A stretch of DNA of 64,000 nt from an uncultured Verrucomicrobiae bacterium. Lineage in GTDB: Bacteria > Verrucomicrobiota > Verrucomicrobiia > Limisphaerales > UBA11358. The DNA lies in the NCBI GenBank assembly GCA_963764175.1, contig CAVXRE010000013.1, positions 193,768-257,767 on the forward strand. The letters are read 5' to 3'. How positions within the stretch are numbered: position 1 is the first letter of the stretch; each line of letters begins with the position of its first letter. Made by a program: the position numbers and the translations under genes. The notes beneath the pieces are model-generated. The model was given only the letters and a program-made list of their open reading frames with translations, was not told the DNA's origin and did no database searches. Shown piece by piece: positions 62,239-64,000 of the stretch.

Positions 62239-62670
62239 GCAATTTTACCGGCTGGCAGCCAGCCAAAAGGTTTCCTTCGGGTATTCCGTGAACGCAGGTC
62301 CGAGTTAACACACCGTTTCCACCGCACACCCGGCAGGGTGTCCAGTCTTGCCCAACAAACCTGTCGTGTGTTTTCCGCCCTGCGGACATTTGCAGAGGTG
62401 GGGGAAATATTCACCAAATCCCGGAATCGTCCCGTCACATTTCGGTTACGCAACCGGTTGAGATGTCACACGTCTGAAACATTGCGCTCAAAAGCCTTTT
62501 GTAACGGGTCTGCTTGAGACCCCGGGCTGGCAAACAACCCGTCACGAAACTGAGTATAGCTGGCCAGTTTCTGGAGGTTGGCGTGCCGAAGAACCGATAG
62601 AATGGTTTCACGGTAGAACGGAAGGCTTTAAGAAAATCACGTTTAATTAAACAAAAAAAGGTAAAATTCT

Positions 62671-63636
62671 ATGCTAAACAAAAAGACAGGACTGATTGCT
62701 TTGCTCGTAGGTTTTGCTGCCAGTGAAATCATGGCAGGGACATTGAGCAGTTATTCGGTTGGGGACGTATTGGTATGTTTCCGCAACGGCGGGGCGAACG
62801 ATCTGGTGGTTGACGCGGGGCCGATTTCCACATTCACCAATTATCCTCCCAATTCCACGAACATCATCACCCAGTACACCGGCGACCAGCTAGCTTATGT
62901 CAGCACCAACGCCGTTGATTGGTCGGCCTTCACATGGTTTGACAACACGGTAAGCCCCAATTGGACGCTGTTTGTGACCAGACCCAGGGCTTCATTGAAT
63001 GTTCAGACTTCCCCGTGGGTGGACAAGACTTCGGCCAATCAACAACTTACCGCCTTGGATGTCCAAAAGATTCCATTGGGTGCGGTGGATGAAGCTGGTT
63101 ACATCCCGTCGGGTGCGGGCAGCACTCTCAACACGTCAACCGCCGTGCTCGAAGGAGATGACACTGCAACCGACCCTGATTATAAAACAGGAAAGAGCTA
63201 TGCAACTGCCCTTGGAAACGCTGATAATTTCGACGGGACCTTTCAGGGCGACCCGGAAAACGCCACACCGGCCAGTTTCACCACATCTGGAACGGTGGTT
63301 CGCTCGGATTTCTATCAGTTGACGCCAACGAGTGGTTATGGATTGGGAACATATCTGGGATATTTCGAGTTTTCAACCAACGGTGTGATGAGTTATGTGG
63401 CCTATCCCACATCCACGCCAGTCATTAAATCCATCAGCAGCTCGGGCGGCACCACGACCATCACTTACACGACCGGCACCTATGGCACTTATACGCTCCT
63501 TGGAAGCTATAGTTTGACGGCACCGATATCAACATGGTCATCCGTTGCCACCTTGTCCACCGGAGATAATTCAACCCACACCGTTACGGATACAGATCCC
63601 AACAGCCCGAAATTTTACGTCATAAAAGCCCAATAA
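62671..63636 (+). CDS. Secreted Thr/Ser-rich protein of unknown function
   Basis: 321 aa with a signal peptide (LIALLVGFAASEIMA), a C-terminal beta-rich module (TTTITYTTGTYGTYTLLGSYSL) and lower GC. Confidence 0.6.
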   Translation: MLNKKTGLIALLVGFAASEIMAGTLSSYSVGDVLVCFRNGGANDLVVDAGPISTFTNYPPNSTNIITQYTGDQLAYVSTNAVDWSAFTWFDNTVSPNWTLFVTRPRASLNVQTSPWVDKTSANQQLTALDVQKIPLGAVDEAGYIPSGAGSTLNTSTAVLEGDDTATDPDYKTGKSYATALGNADNFDGTFQGDPENATPASFTTSGTVVRSDFYQLTPTSGYGLGTYLGYFEFSTNGVMSYVAYPTSTPVIKSISSSGGTTTITYTTGTYGTYTLLGSYSLTAPISTWSSVATLSTGDNSTHTVTDTDPNSPKFYVIKAQ

Positions 63637-63699
63637 CCAACCCATAAAACCCCACAATACATTTTAACAAACAATATCAACCAAAAACAAAAATCAAAT

Positions 63700-64000
63700 A
63701 TGAAAAAAACAATGCTCCTCACCCTGGCGCTCGCCCTCGCCGGCGCCTCGTCTCTCATGGCGTCAACCGTTGACGTCTATATAACCGGTTCCACGGCGTT
63801 CCGTGCGAACTGCTATACCGCCTGCACCAAACTATACAGCAGCGCCCCAAACATCTACTATGCCAACGCTGCGAATGGTGGTGCCAATTCAGGGTTTAGT
63901 TCCAAAACAGCCTCCTGGGTCATGACCGGAACGCCCATCACCGCGCTCACAAATCTTCAAGGTGACACGCTGGTCATTCACGGCCTTTTCACCGGCTCGA
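63700..64000 (+). CDS. Secreted protein, 5' partial (runs off the window)
   Basis: My own translation is MKKTMLLTLALALAGASSLMASTVDVYITGSTAFRAN.... It has a signal peptide and no stop before 64000. Confidence 0.6.
   Translation, partial: MKKTMLLTLALALAGASSLMASTVDVYITGSTAFRANCYTACTKLYSSAPNIYYANAANGGANSGFSSKTASWVMTGTPITALTNLQGDTLVIHGLFTGS

Overview
High-GC (roughly 60-65% by eye) chromosomal window. It probably comes from a Verrucomicrobiota/PVC-type Gram-negative: it has a pilus/secretin locus that resembles Akkermansia Amuc_1098-1101 in gene order and architecture, and short 'leader' repeats typical of that group. I call about 58 protein-coding genes. I recognised no rRNA, tRNA, CRISPR array, transposase or integrase. 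Layout: (1) 0.1-6.6 kb is a type-IV-pilus-like assembly/secretin locus whose secretin is encoded as two ORFs. (2) 6.7-20.2 kb holds signalling and housekeeping genes: acylphosphatase, phosphoesterase, FecR + CHASE2 cyclase, Wzy/TPR protein, XRE+DUF2975 pair, M29 aminopeptidase, LysR, hybrid histidine kinase, cdd, PNP and MoeB-rhodanese. (3) 20.3-44.2 kb is a ~24 kb Wzx/Wzy-type surface-glycan locus (GT9, Wzy-like, 3x GT4, 2x GT2, 2x FkbM methyltransferase, acyltransferase-3, flippase, Glf, GMC oxidoreductase + SDR, polyprenyl-phosphate-type GT2). It is bracketed by two paralogous ~633-aa GT-C-like membrane proteins and interrupted by a small nucleotidyltransferase gene pair. (4) 44.8-51.2 kb is a visibly lower-GC ~6.4 kb insertion flanked by a 41-nt duplication of the yajQ 3' end. 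It carries a Dlt-like cassette (FkbH-type loader, ACP, MBOAT, SGNH/DltD-like protein, frameshifted hotdog-SDR). This is my top candidate for an undescribed system: carrier-protein/MBOAT-dependent acylation of an extracytoplasmic glycan, primed by FkbH instead of an adenylating ligase. (5) 51.3-64 kb holds beta-CASP RNase, infA, small membrane proteins, LAB_N protein, thiH-[Sel1 insert]-thiS, a divergent PurD-like ATP-grasp, a third large polytopic membrane protein, alr, an ATE_C-like transferase and low-GC secreted proteins. Several intergenic leaders carry 7-10 nt tandem repeats, long hairpins and a degenerate REP-like family. Coordinates of internal starts come from codon arithmetic on the ORF track. 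My hand counts of homopolymers and single bases may be off by 1 nt.
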